In this document: positions 16,660-25,424 of the stretch, piece after piece
Layout: every line of letters begins with the position of its first letter
How positions within the stretch are numbered: the first letter of the stretch is position 1
Assembly: GCA_011390985.1 (NCBI GenBank)
Contig: JAABRJ010000423.1
Span: forward strand, 1 to 27,062
Source: Desulfobacteraceae bacterium
Lineage (GTDB): Bacteria; Desulfobacterota; Desulfobacteria; Desulfobacterales; JAABRJ01
Length of the DNA stretch: 27,062 bases
Direction: 5' to 3'
The notes under the pieces: model-generated
What the model was told of the DNA's origin: nothing
The model's input: only the letters and a program-made list of their open reading frames with translations
Databases searched by the model: none
Made by a program: the position numbers and the translations under genes

Positions 16660-17301
16660 ATGGCGCGCCACATCTATGCAATCGGCGACATTCACGGGTG
16701 TGCCGACAAACTTCGTCGCCTGATCGATCAACTGGATATCGACCCCACGCAGGACCAGCTGGTTTTCGTCGGGGATTATATCGATCGGGGGCCCGACTCC
16801 TTCGAGGTCGTGGATTACCTGTTGGGGCTGAAAATCATCTTCCCGAACGTGGTTTTTCTAAAAGGCAACCACGAACAGATGCTGGAGGATTACCTCGCCG
16901 GACCCGATAAGTTGACCTTCCTGATAAACGGGGGTCAAGCGACGTTGGACAGCTATCTTCGTCATCGCCCAAGCCCCCAAGGCCCGGTCTTTCCCTTGCG
17001 GCATCAGGTCTTTTTCAAGGGCTTGCGGCTCTTCTACGAAACCGAAAACTACGTTTTCGTGCACGCCGGCCTGAAACCCAAGGTGCCGCTGGCCCAGCAG
17101 CACCCCGGGGACTTGTTGTGGATTCGGTCCCAGTTTATTTATTCGGACGTTGACTTTGGCAAGCAGGTGGTTTTCGGGCACACGCCTTTTCCCGAGCCCT
17201 TGGTGCAGGCCAACAAGATCGGGATCGACACCGGTGCCGTTTACGGCCATCAACTGACTTGTGTAAAACTGCCGGATTTGGTCTTTTTCCAATCGGAATA
17301 A
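16660..17301 (+). CDS. Calcineurin-like metallophosphoesterase (PrpA/ApaH-like Ser/Thr phosphatase family)
   Basis: GDIHG, GDYIDRG, GNHE, FVHAG, LLWIR, FGHTP, IDTGA. Confidence 0.9.
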   Translation: MARHIYAIGDIHGCADKLRRLIDQLDIDPTQDQLVFVGDYIDRGPDSFEVVDYLLGLKIIFPNVVFLKGNHEQMLEDYLAGPDKLTFLINGGQATLDSYLRHRPSPQGPVFPLRHQVFFKGLRLFYETENYVFVHAGLKPKVPLAQQHPGDLLWIRSQFIYSDVDFGKQVVFGHTPFPEPLVQANKIGIDTGAVYGHQLTCVKLPDLVFFQSE

Positions 17302-17354
17302 ACGGCGGCGGTTTCCGGATGGTGAAATTGATGCCGCCAATCAGGGAGAGCGTC

Positions 17355-17840
17355 ATGGTTATGAAGGACTTCCAAACAGTGAAAACGGTTTTCCGAAAAT
17401 GCACGCCTGGGCTTTGCCCCGTGATGACGGTTTTTTTACTCCTGAGCCTCATGGCCACCACGGCGCTTGCCGAACGTCTCAGTGTGGCGGTGCCGATCGC
17501 CAACATTCGGTCGGGGCCCGGCGACAATCACGAACTTTTGTGGAAAGTAGAAAAATATCACCCCCTGGAGATTGTCAAAAAGTCGGGTTCCTGGTATCAG
17601 TTCAAGGATTTTGAAGGCGACAGCGGTTGGATCAGTTCACCCCTGCTCACGAATGCCCCTACGGTGATTACCAAAACCGATAAATGTAATATCCGTTCCG
17701 GTCCCGGAAACCAGTACGATGTGGTTTTTATCGTCGACCGCGGAATTCCCTTCAAGGTTGTCACCAAAAAGGAGAAGTGGCTTCAAATCGAGCACGCCGA
17801 TGGGGACAAGGGGTGGATTTACAACAATCTGGTGTGGTGA
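17355..17840 (+). CDS. Secreted protein with two bacterial SH3 domains
   Basis: Signal-peptide-like segment ending ATTALA, then two ANIRSGPG/CNIRSGPG...W...D..G..GWI repeats. ATG 17355 follows AGGGAGAG; the exact start is uncertain. Confidence 0.82.
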   Translation: MVMKDFQTVKTVFRKCTPGLCPVMTVFLLLSLMATTALAERLSVAVPIANIRSGPGDNHELLWKVEKYHPLEIVKKSGSWYQFKDFEGDSGWISSPLLTNAPTVITKTDKCNIRSGPGNQYDVVFIVDRGIPFKVVTKKEKWLQIEHADGDKGWIYNNLVW

Positions 17841-17892
17841 ATTTCTCGACCGGGGTAGGTATACAAAATTCTTTTTTGAATTTGGAGGCGGA

Positions 17893-18588
17893 ATGGCCAA
17901 GAATAAAAAAATAAGCCGCAAGGAGCTGCTCAGCCAGCAGGACGAGTTTTTGACGTATTCAGCCAAGTTGCTGCAATACGCGGCTCAGCATAAAAAACAG
18001 TTGGCGGCGGCGCTGGGGGTATTGTTCGCGGTGGGGATCGCGGTCAGCGGCTTCCAATATTTTTCGGCTCAGAATGAGAAAAAGGCCTTTGCCCTGGTGG
18101 CGCAACACCATCATCGCTACGAAACGCTGGCCTCCCAACAGTCCGGCGCGGAAGCCTACCGAGCGGTCGAAAAAGATTTCAAGGCGATTATCGACGACTA
18201 TTCCGGTACCCGTGCGGCCAGGATCGCCGCCCTCATGTTGGCCAATATCAGTTACCAGGGGGGCGACTATGATACCGCAATCGCCCTTTACGGCCAGAAC
18301 ATGAAAGCCTTCGAGCACGATCCGGCCATCCAGAGCCTGATGCTGAGCAACCTGGGATATTGCCAGGAGGCGAAAAAAGAATATGAGGCCGCCGCCCAAC
18401 ATTTTGACCAGATCGTTCAGGGAAACCGTTTTATAATGAAAGACGATGCCCTTTTCAGCCTGGCGCGTGTTTATGACGGGATGGGGGCAAAAGAAAAGCG
18501 GTTGGCGGCGCTCAACCGGCTTGTTTCAGACTACAAGGACTCGATTTACCACGACGTGGCGCGGGAACTCGTCGCCGGTTTGAAGTGA
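17893..18588 (+). CDS. Membrane-anchored TPR protein (YfgM-like)
   Basis: Basic N-terminus MAKNKKISRKELL, DEFL, one TM helix, then helical TPR-like repeats; GGAGG RBS. Confidence 0.8.
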   Translation: MAKNKKISRKELLSQQDEFLTYSAKLLQYAAQHKKQLAAALGVLFAVGIAVSGFQYFSAQNEKKAFALVAQHHHRYETLASQQSGAEAYRAVEKDFKAIIDDYSGTRAARIAALMLANISYQGGDYDTAIALYGQNMKAFEHDPAIQSLMLSNLGYCQEAKKEYEAAAQHFDQIVQGNRFIMKDDALFSLARVYDGMGAKEKRLAALNRLVSDYKDSIYHDVARELVAGLK

Positions 18589-18649
18589 GGCCGCCCCGAA
18601 GAGCTCAGACCGCCAGCGTAATCTGTATCTGATGATGGCGGCCTGCCGG

Positions 18650-20032
18650 TCACTCTCTGGACTTGACCTCCAAACCCAGCTTTTTGATTTTCATATTCAA
18701 TCCGCTTTTTCCAATCCCCAGCAGTTCCGCCGCATGGGCCTGGACATTATGGGTTATTTTCAGCGCCCGCTGGATCATTTTAGTTTCAATCAGGGTCAGC
18801 GTTTCGTTCAGTTTGGCGTTTGCCGGGATGCCTTCCAGGTACATGGTCGTGGTCAAGTTGTCCTTGAAATCGAGGGGCAGATCCGCTTCGCGGATGACAT
18901 CGGTGGGGCACAGGATCATGGCCCGTTCGATCACGTTCTCCAGCTGGCGTACGTTGCCCGGCCAACTGTAGTCATAAAAAAGCCGCTCCACTTTAGGATC
19001 CAGCCCTTTGATGGGGAGGTCGGTCTTGCGTTCGCCGGCGTACTTGTTGATAAAGTGATCCACCAGCAGCCGGAGGTCCTCCTGGCGTTTGCGCAGCGGG
19101 GGCAGGGCGATGTGGACGACATTGAGGCGATAAAATAGGTCCTCGCGGAAACGCCCGGCTTTGACCTCCTTTTCCAATTCCTTGTTGGTTGCGGCGATCA
19201 GGCGGATATCGACCGAAATCGGTTTGACGCCTCCCACCCGTTCAAAGATCTTCTCCTGAAGGACCCGGAGCAGCTTGACCTGCAGATTCTGGGACAGCTC
19301 TCCGATTTCATCCAGAAAAAGGGTGCCGGTGTCGGCCAGCTCAAAACGCCCCTTTTTCATAGAAACCGCGCCCGTAAAGGCCCCTTTCTCATGGCCGAAG
19401 AGTTCGCTTTCCATCAGGCTTTCGGTCAGGGCCGAGCAGTTGACCGCGATAAAGGGCTTTTTGTTGCGCGGGCTGTTGTAGTGGATCGATTTGGCCACCA
19501 GTTCCTTGCCGGTCCCGCTTTCGCCTTCGATCAGGACGGTTGCCGTGGCCGGGGCCACCTTGTGGACCATCTGGAAAACATCCCGCATCACCTTGCTTTT
19601 GCCGATGATGTTGCCGAAACGGTACTGGGATTCAACGGCGCTTCGAAGCTGTCGGTTTTCCTTGATCACCCGGTACATGGCGACGGCTTTCTTCACATGC
19701 AGAACCATGCGCTCGTTATCAAAGGGCTTTTGAAGGTAGGTGTAAGCCCCCTTCTGCATGGCCTCCACCGCTTTTTCCACGGTGCCGTGGGCCGTCATCA
19801 TGATGACGGGCAGTTCGGCTTCGATCGCCTTGATCCGCTCCAGCAACTCGATGCCGTCCATCGAGGGCATTTTCATGTCCGTCAGCACCAGGTCCACATC
19901 CGAATTTTCCAGCGTGGTCAGCGCTTTCGCTGCGCTGCTGGCCTCCAGGGTTTCAAAACCCTCTTCCCCCAGGACGGCGCTGAGAATGGCCAAGTAATTT
20001 TTTTCATCATCAACGATCAGAATGGTTTCCAT
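18650..20032 (-). CDS. Sigma54-dependent response regulator (REC-AAA+-HTH), PilR2-like by position
   Basis: ILIVDDE, DMKMP phosphoacceptor, [39 protein letters not shown]-terminal Fis-type HTH. Confidence 0.95.
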   Translation of the reverse strand: METILIVDDEKNYLAILSAVLGEEGFETLEASSAAKALTTLENSDVDLVLTDMKMPSMDGIELLERIKAIEAELPVIMMTAHGTVEKAVEAMQKGAYTYLQKPFDNERMVLHVKKAVAMYRVIKENRQLRSAVESQYRFGNIIGKSKVMRDVFQMVHKVAPATATVLIEGESGTGKELVAKSIHYNSPRNKKPFIAVNCSALTESLMESELFGHEKGAFTGAVSMKKGRFELADTGTLFLDEIGELSQNLQVKLLRVLQEKIFERVGGVKPISVDIRLIAATNKELEKEVKAGRFREDLFYRLNVVHIALPPLRKRQEDLRLLVDHFINKYAGERKTDLPIKGLDPKVERLFYDYSWPGNVRQLENVIERAMILCPTDVIREADLPLDFKDNLTTTMYLEGIPANAKLNETLTLIETKMIQRALKITHNVQAHAAELLGIGKSGLNMKIKKLGLEVKSRE

Positions 20033-20072
20033 CGGAAGATCAAACGCTGTGGGTTAAATGGTTGTTGGCGCT

Positions 20073-20181
20073 GTCGGCAGCGGGGGTCGGCCGATGCTGC
20101 CGACCTTGATGCCGCTGCGCCGATGTTCAGATGCCGCCCCGCAAGGCCGATACAAGGGCCCTCGGCCTCTTTTGGGGGCGG
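20073..20181. repeat. Two GC-rich inverted repeats between the kinase and regulator genes
   Basis: GTCGGCAGC/GCTGCCGAC (20073-20081/20096-20104); CCGCCCC/GGGGCGG (20134-20140/20175-20181) enclosing AGGCCGA/TCGGCCT. Confidence 0.6.
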
Positions 20182-20183
20182 TT

Positions 20184-21602
20184 TCATTCAGGCAGCAGTG
20201 GAAGAGTCACCGTGACCCGGGTGCCGCCTTTGGAAAGATTGCCGATCCCGATTTTGCCCTCGTGAGATTCGATGATGTTCTTGACGATCCCCAAACCCAG
20301 ACCCGTGCCCATCTCCTTGGTGGTGAAAAACGGGTTCCAGATTTTTTCCTTGTTCTCTTCCGGTATGCCCTTGCCGTTGTCGTCGAAATGGATCAAGGCC
20401 TGCTGGTTGATCATTTCGGTTGTGATCTGCAGCCTGCCGCCGTCAGGCATTGCCTGCATCGCGTTGATCAGAATGTTGAGAAAGGCCTGGTAGAGCATGT
20501 CGGCGTCGGCAAGGATAGCGGGCAGGCGGCGGTCCAGGTGTTTTTCCACGACATAGCCCTTCTCAGTTAGCTGCGCATCCAGAAATGCCAGGTTTTTCTC
20601 GATAATATCCTCAACCCGGCACGATACCCGCTTCGGCTCCTTGGGCCTGGCATAGTTGAGAAAGTCGGTGATGATATCGTTCAATCTACCGGCTTCTTCG
20701 ACAATGATCTGCGGAATCCGGTTTTCTGGATCGAGTTGCGCCATTTTTTTCTGCAGGTGCTCGGCCGAACTCCTAATAATCCCTAAAGGATTTCGAATTT
20801 CGTGGGAAATACCGGCGGTCAATTTGCCCAGCGATGAAAGATGATCCGCCCGGCTCAGTTCCTCCTTGAGACGCAGACGCTCTTGGGACCGGCTTTCAAT
20901 GATGGCCTCGCCACGCTTGACGACAAAAAGGAGCGAGAGGAAGAGAAAGCCCATGACCACTGTGGAGGAAAGAATGACGACCATCTGAAATCTGAAAAAG
21001 GCCCGGTATTCGTCGGAAAGGTCCTGGACGATTTCAACAACCCCCAGAACCGGTCCTGAGATTCGGGAAAGCGGTTTTTCGGCCCGAAGGGCGGCAAAGG
21101 TGATAATTTTGCTCTCCTTGGGGATTCCAAGAAAAATTTCCAGAAAATTTCCCCGCTGAACCAGCCTAGAGGTCGGTCGCCCTTCCATGGCGTACCGGTA
21201 CTCTGGCCCGCCCAGATCCTGTTTCCCGATCAGATCCCTGTCGTAACTATAGGAGACGGTGTTGTTTTTGTCAAAAATATTAACGCTTTCGACCTTGAAA
21301 CTGTGAAAAGTGCTGCGCACCACCTTGTCCATGCGATCGAACTGCTCGGGGTTTCGCAGTTGGATTTTACCGTATTTGAGGGCCACCGGAATCACAAATT
21401 GCAAAAAGACCTGATGGTTGAGGTTTTCCACCAGCGCGAGGGCGTAGTCTTCACTCTTTTGGCGCTGAATGGCGCGCGCCCAGTGGGTGCTCAGTGCCGA
21501 TAAAACCAGGGTCCCGAGAAATATGGCGATCAGGCTGGAAAAAGTGAAGTATTTGACTAGTCGAAACGGTTTGGTTTTTTCTTCAGAGGACGGGGAGTTC
21601 AT
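20184..21602 (-). CDS. Sensor histidine kinase (2 TM, periplasmic domain, HisKA-HATPase), PilS2-like by position
   Basis: Two hydrophobic segments, H-box [12 protein letters not shown]-box [25 protein letters not shown]. Confidence 0.93.
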   Translation of the reverse strand: MNSPSSEEKTKPFRLVKYFTFSSLIAIFLGTLVLSALSTHWARAIQRQKSEDYALALVENLNHQVFLQFVIPVALKYGKIQLRNPEQFDRMDKVVRSTFHSFKVESVNIFDKNNTVSYSYDRDLIGKQDLGGPEYRYAMEGRPTSRLVQRGNFLEIFLGIPKESKIITFAALRAEKPLSRISGPVLGVVEIVQDLSDEYRAFFRFQMVVILSSTVVMGFLFLSLLFVVKRGEAIIESRSQERLRLKEELSRADHLSSLGKLTAGISHEIRNPLGIIRSSAEHLQKKMAQLDPENRIPQIIVEEAGRLNDIITDFLNYARPKEPKRVSCRVEDIIEKNLAFLDAQLTEKGYVVEKHLDRRLPAILADADMLYQAFLNILINAMQAMPDGGRLQITTEMINQQALIHFDDNGKGIPEENKEKIWNPFFTTKEMGTGLGLGIVKNIIESHEGKIGIGNLSKGGTRVTVTLPLLPE

Positions 21603-21849
21603 AACCTTCCAATTCTGCGTTCGTTTTTATTTGCGAAAACATCATGTAAAAGCTTTTGATAGTCAAACGCAAGTAAATTTTGAGTTCTGATCGGATTCCG
21701 GATGTTCATTCGCGGTTTTAACCTTGCGCGGCGTGAGGGGCGACGCGGCCGGTCGCGCCGCTCTCCGGTCAAAAACGCCCCCCCATTGGGTTCTGTATCA
21801 GCCTCACAAAAGGGTTGCACCACATCCTATGGTGCGGCGCACCGGGCTT

Positions 21850-21866
21850 CAGGCCCACATATAGCG
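21850..21866 (+). promoter_or_regulatory. Possible sigma54 (-24/-12) promoter
   Basis: CAGGCCCACATATAGCG has GG (21852-21853)-N10-GC (21864-21865) geometry but several mismatches to TGGCAC-N5-TTGC. The predicted start (~21877-21880) coincides with the 5' end of the rod-like RNA. Confidence 0.3.
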
Positions 21867-21882
21867 AGGCCCGGCTTCCACC

Positions 21883-22074
21883 CCTGTTGATTTTCCGAGT
21901 GCTAACTAGCTGGGAAAGTTATGTTAAAGTTTGAGATAGGCGTCTCCGATAACCTTAGTACCAGACAGAATCCGGTGGGTTTCAGCGCGATTCGATGGGT
22001 AACCAAAACGGTAGGCAATGGCGCTTTTAGGAGCATGGCGTTTTCCTTTCAGCCTCGGAATCAGAGGCCTTTTT
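21883..22074 (+). ncRNA. Candidate ~185-nt rod-shaped RNA or structured leader (6S-like) upstream of XRE-pilMNOPQ
   Basis: Hand-found pairings between the two ends: UGA/UCA, UUCCGAG/CUCGGAA, GCUG/CAGC, GGAAA/UUUCC, GUUAUGUU/AGCAUGGC (27 bp; G-U pairs favour the + strand). A central loop region and an inner GAAUC/GAUUC stem are enclosed. Confidence 0.45.
22052..22074 (+). terminator. Weak intrinsic-terminator-like hairpin
   Basis: GCCTC (22052-22056)/GAGGC (22064-22068), 7-nt loop, then C and five T. The stem is short. Confidence 0.4.
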
Positions 22075-22102
22075 AATCAATTCACGCCCTGGAACGCAAA
22101 GA

Positions 22103-22324
22103 ATGCAAGCAACAGAAACCCTCGAAGTGGGCAGAAATTCTCTGAAAGAAATCCGCGAATCCCTCTTGATGAGTAAGTCCGAACTCGCCAGAAACGCCCA
22201 TGTGTCGCCGATCACCATAAGCCGTATAGAAAAAGGTATGCCCTGTAGAATGGAAACAAAGCGAAAGATTATCCTGGCGCTGGGATTCAAACTCAAAGAC
22301 AAAGATAAAATTTTTAGCGATTAG
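22103..22324 (+). CDS. XRE-family helix-turn-helix protein
   Basis: LKEIRESLLMSKSELARNAHVSPITISRIEKG; this small HTH gene type precedes pilM in deltaproteobacteria. Start could be GTG 22127. Confidence 0.88.
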   Translation: MQATETLEVGRNSLKEIRESLLMSKSELARNAHVSPITISRIEKGMPCRMETKRKIILALGFKLKDKDKIFSD

Positions 22325-22335
22325 AAGAGAATACT

Positions 22336-23391
22336 ATGTTTTTCGGGAAAAAAGATCAGCTTGTTGGCCTGGACATCGGCTCGAGATCCATCAAGGTAGC
22401 CGAGTTAGCGGAAACCAAAAAAGGCCCCAGTCTAAAGAAGTTTGGGCTAATAGACCTTGCCCCGGGAGCCATTGAGGAAGGCCTCGTGCGGGACCCCAAA
22501 GCTGTTGCGGACAGTATTCGGGAGCTTTTCAAGCTGTATAATATCAGCGAGCAGAATGTTGCGATTTCCATCGGTGGTTATTCCGTTATCGTCAAAAAAA
22601 TCTTTGTGCCCTCGATAGCGGAAGAAAAGCTCCAGGAGACGATTCACCTCGAGGCCGAACAGTACATTCCCTTTGATATCAGTGATGTGAATCTCGATTT
22701 TCAGATTCTCGGAGAAAATGAACACAACGCCAGCCAGATGGCCGTGCTGCTGGTTGCCGCCAAGAAAGAAATGATCAACGATTACGTGCAACTGGTTCAA
22801 ATGGCGGGCCTGAATCCTTGCACCATCGATGTCGATGCTTTCGCCCTGCAGAACATTTTTGAAATCAATCACCAGGATTACGAGGAAAACGTGGCGTTGA
22901 TCGATATTGGCGCAAGCAAAACCTCATTGAATATCCTGAAAGCCAAAAGGTCTGTTTTCATGCGGGATGTTTCCCTTGGGTGTGCCCAGATCAATCAAAA
23001 AATGGTGTCCCTTTTGGGGTGTTCTTTTGAAGAAGCCGAACAGATCAAGCTCAGCGACCAGCCCGATGGGATCTCACCCGAGGGCCTGCGGGACATCACC
23101 TCTGCCATCGTAACGGACTGGTGCACTGAAATTCGGAGAGCGCTTGATTTTTTCTATTCCACCTACCCCGACGAACAGGTCAAGAGGATCGTTCTGAGCG
23201 GCGGCGGGGCCAATATCGCCGAATTCAGGGATCTTCTGGCGGTGGAAACTTCAGCGGACGTAGCGGCGATCAATCCTTTTGCCAGTTATTACGTAGACGA
23301 CGAAAAGTTTGATCCGGCATATTTGGAAAAAATCGGTCCCCAGGCAGCCATTTGCATGGGTTTAGCTAACAGAAGAGTAAATGACAAATGA
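22336..23391 (+). CDS. pilM: Type IV pilus assembly ATPase-like protein PilM
   Basis: VGLDIGSRSIK, EAEQYIPF, LVAAKKE, LIDIGA, LSGGGA (actin-like fold). Confidence 0.96.
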   Translation: MFFGKKDQLVGLDIGSRSIKVAELAETKKGPSLKKFGLIDLAPGAIEEGLVRDPKAVADSIRELFKLYNISEQNVAISIGGYSVIVKKIFVPSIAEEKLQETIHLEAEQYIPFDISDVNLDFQILGENEHNASQMAVLLVAAKKEMINDYVQLVQMAGLNPCTIDVDAFALQNIFEINHQDYEENVALIDIGASKTSLNILKAKRSVFMRDVSLGCAQINQKMVSLLGCSFEEAEQIKLSDQPDGISPEGLRDITSAIVTDWCTEIRRALDFFYSTYPDEQVKRIVLSGGGANIAEFRDLLAVETSADVAAINPFASYYVDDEKFDPAYLEKIGPQAAICMGLANRRVNDK

Positions 23392-23969
23392 TACGAATTA
23401 ATTTACTGCCATTTCGGGCGGCGCGAAAAAAAGAAAATGTTCGCAAGCAGACGTCTATTTTCATGCTTTCCATTTTTTTGGGCGTCATTCTGCTTGGCTA
23501 TTTGAATTTCACATTTGGCAGCCAGGTCCGTAAAATGTCGACTCAGGTTCAAGACACCAAAAATGTCCTGGCGCAATACGATGTTCAAGCCCAGGAAGTC
23601 GACCAGATTCAAAAAGATTTGGATGTCCTCAGAAAAAAGATAGACGTGATCACCAATCTTAAATCAAATCGCAAAGGGCCGGTCCTGCTTTTGGATAGTC
23701 TGACCCAGTTGGTGATACCCAAGCGCATGTGGTTAACCAATCTTGAGGCCAAGGGCAATGGGGTCAACATCAATGGCGTCGCCCTCGACAACCGCACCGT
23801 TGCGGATTTCATGACCCAACTGGAAAAATCCAAACTGTTTGCCAGCGTCAACTTGTCGACACTCAATCAGAAGCCCATCAGGGAAGATATGAATCTGAAG
23901 AGTTTTGTAATCACCTGCAACAAAGCGGCAGCAGAAAACACGGTGACGAGCGAGGCCAAAAAACAATGA
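23388..23969 (+). CDS. pilN: Type IV pilus assembly protein PilN
   Basis: MIRINLLP motif, TM helix, coiled coil, MWLTNL...VADFMTQLEKS; ATGA overlap with pilM. Confidence 0.95.
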   Translation: MIRINLLPFRAARKKENVRKQTSIFMLSIFLGVILLGYLNFTFGSQVRKMSTQVQDTKNVLAQYDVQAQEVDQIQKDLDVLRKKIDVITNLKSNRKGPVLLLDSLTQLVIPKRMWLTNLEAKGNGVNINGVALDNRTVADFMTQLEKSKLFASVNLSTLNQKPIREDMNLKSFVITCNKAAAENTVTSEAKKQ

Positions 23970-24661
23970 AAAAGTCAGGCAGCCCTTTGCAGCTTTTGGA
24001 TCCGGTTTTCGAAAAAATTGAAAACTTATCGAAAATTCACCGGATTGTTATTTTCTGCGCAACCATCGCGATTCTTATCGGCGGCTTCACTTATTTTTCC
24101 TACTACCCAAAGCTGAAGACTTTGAACGCTCAGAAAAAGGAGTACACCCTTCTCCAGCAAAAGCTGGCCGCGGCCCAGCAGAAAGCGGCCAATCTGGAAA
24201 AATTTCGGGAGGAAAAGCGCAAAGCCGAAGCCCACTTTCAGGTGGTCAAAAAAGCCCTGCCGGAAAAGGAGGATATTCCTTCCCTGCTGGCAGGCGTCTC
24301 GCAGTCCGGCCAGGACTCGGGGTTGGAGTTTGTCCTGTTCCAGCCCAACCCGGAAGTTGTCAAGGACTTTTACGCCGAAATTCCGGTTTCCATCAATGTG
24401 ACCGGTGAGTATCACAATGTGGCGTCCTTTTTTGACCGGGTATCCCGTCTTTCCAGGATTGTCGACATCAAGGACATTGAAATGACACCGGTTTCGGATG
24501 TTAAAACGGTCAGGAAGTCCTCAGCCAACAGTTCGCAGGCGGTCCCTGCCAACATCCTGAGCACAAAATGCACCGCCGTCACTTATAAGTTCGTCGAAAA
24601 AGCTCCCGAGCAACCGGACCAAAACGCCACTACGTCCAAAAAATCCGAAAAGAAGAAATAA
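23966..24661 (+). CDS. pilO: Type IV pilus assembly protein PilO
   Basis: TM helix plus coiled coil, LPEKEDIPSLL, FYAEIPVSINVTGEYH, LSRIV; ATGA overlap with pilN. Confidence 0.95.
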   Translation: MKKSGSPLQLLDPVFEKIENLSKIHRIVIFCATIAILIGGFTYFSYYPKLKTLNAQKKEYTLLQQKLAAAQQKAANLEKFREEKRKAEAHFQVVKKALPEKEDIPSLLAGVSQSGQDSGLEFVLFQPNPEVVKDFYAEIPVSINVTGEYHNVASFFDRVSRLSRIVDIKDIEMTPVSDVKTVRKSSANSSQAVPANILSTKCTAVTYKFVEKAPEQPDQNATTSKKSEKKK

Positions 24662-24664
24662 GCC

Positions 24665-25420
24665 ATGGATAAAAAACACGCCATTAAAGTGACCGCCGCC
24701 TGTTTCGTTCTTTCGTTTGTAATCCTCTTGGGTTGCGACACGCACAGCAAAACGGCCCGGAACCCGGAAGTGGTTAAAAAGAAGATCGTTGTGGCCCAGA
24801 CCGACGACCGATCGGTGGAAGTCAAGGAGGCCCGAACGGAAACTGCTGACAGCGACGAGATCCCCGGGGCCGAAAAAGCCGACGATCTGGAAATCAACAC
24901 CCTGGAAACCGCCGAGCTTTACAATCCAGAAGGCAAAGCCGATCCCTTCGCGCCGCTTTTCAAGGAAGAACCGGTGGCGGCCTCCGGCGCCCTGGCGGTC
25001 AAAACCCAGCGAGCCCAGCAACGGATTCCCTTGACGCCCCTGGAAATGGTGGATCTCAGCCAACTCAAACTGGTGGGTATCCTTCGCGCGGACAGCGGAA
25101 ACAAGGCCCTCGTTGAGGAGTCCAACGGAAAGGGGTACGTCGTTAAAAAGGGCGTCTATCTGGGGTCTCGCGGCGGGCGTCTGGAAGAGATCCTCAAGGA
25201 CAGCATCATCGTCTATGAACCCCTGCTGCCGGTGCATGAGGTCGACGAAAAGTCCATTTACGACGTGGAAGGCAAAAATTTCTCAATATTTGAAGCTGAG
25301 GGCAAAAAATTCGCCAATGTTGATGGAAAGAAGTTCGAGGCGCTTGTCAGCACTATAGATGGTAAAGCTTTTTTTGTTGACCCCAAGGAACTAAAACTTC
25401 AGAAACCTGCTGGAGATTAA
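24665..25420 (+). CDS. pilP: Type IV pilus lipoprotein PilP with a C-terminal repeat insertion
   Basis: Lipobox LLGC, YNPEGKADPFAP, PLEMVDLSQLKLVGI, ALVE...GKGYVVKKG. Confidence 0.92.
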   Translation: MDKKHAIKVTAACFVLSFVILLGCDTHSKTARNPEVVKKKIVVAQTDDRSVEVKEARTETADSDEIPGAEKADDLEINTLETAELYNPEGKADPFAPLFKEEPVAASGALAVKTQRAQQRIPLTPLEMVDLSQLKLVGILRADSGNKALVEESNGKGYVVKKGVYLGSRGGRLEEILKDSIIVYEPLLPVHEVDEKSIYDVEGKNFSIFEAEGKKFANVDGKKFEALVSTIDGKAFFVDPKELKLQKPAGD

Positions 25421-25424
25421 CAAC

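Noticed and set aside
7891-16731. Long minus-strand ORFs (7891..9180, 9187..9786, 14059..14574, 15460..16731)
   Set aside because: Antisense shadows of the RnfB fusion, recN and the radical SAM gene.
17893-18588. TPR protein as the PilQ pilotin (PilF/Tgl)
   Set aside because: It has an N-terminal TM anchor and no lipobox, which fits YfgM-like proteins rather than pilotins.
18588-18644. Bidirectional terminator between the TPR gene and the regulator (AGGCCGCC/GGCGGCCT)
   Set aside because: The arms are 41 nt apart with an imperfect interior, and there is no U-tract on either strand.
18650-21602. Naming the two-component pair pilR/pilS
   Set aside because: The kinase has two TMs with a periplasmic domain and no PAS, and no pilA is nearby. 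Position fits PilS2/R2-like, so no symbol is assigned.
21900-22101. Canonical c-di-GMP-I/GEMM riboswitch (fragments GGUAA, ACC...GGUAGG, ACGCAAAG)
   Set aside because: The fragments are in the wrong order, and there is no GNRA-capped P2 or tetraloop receptor.
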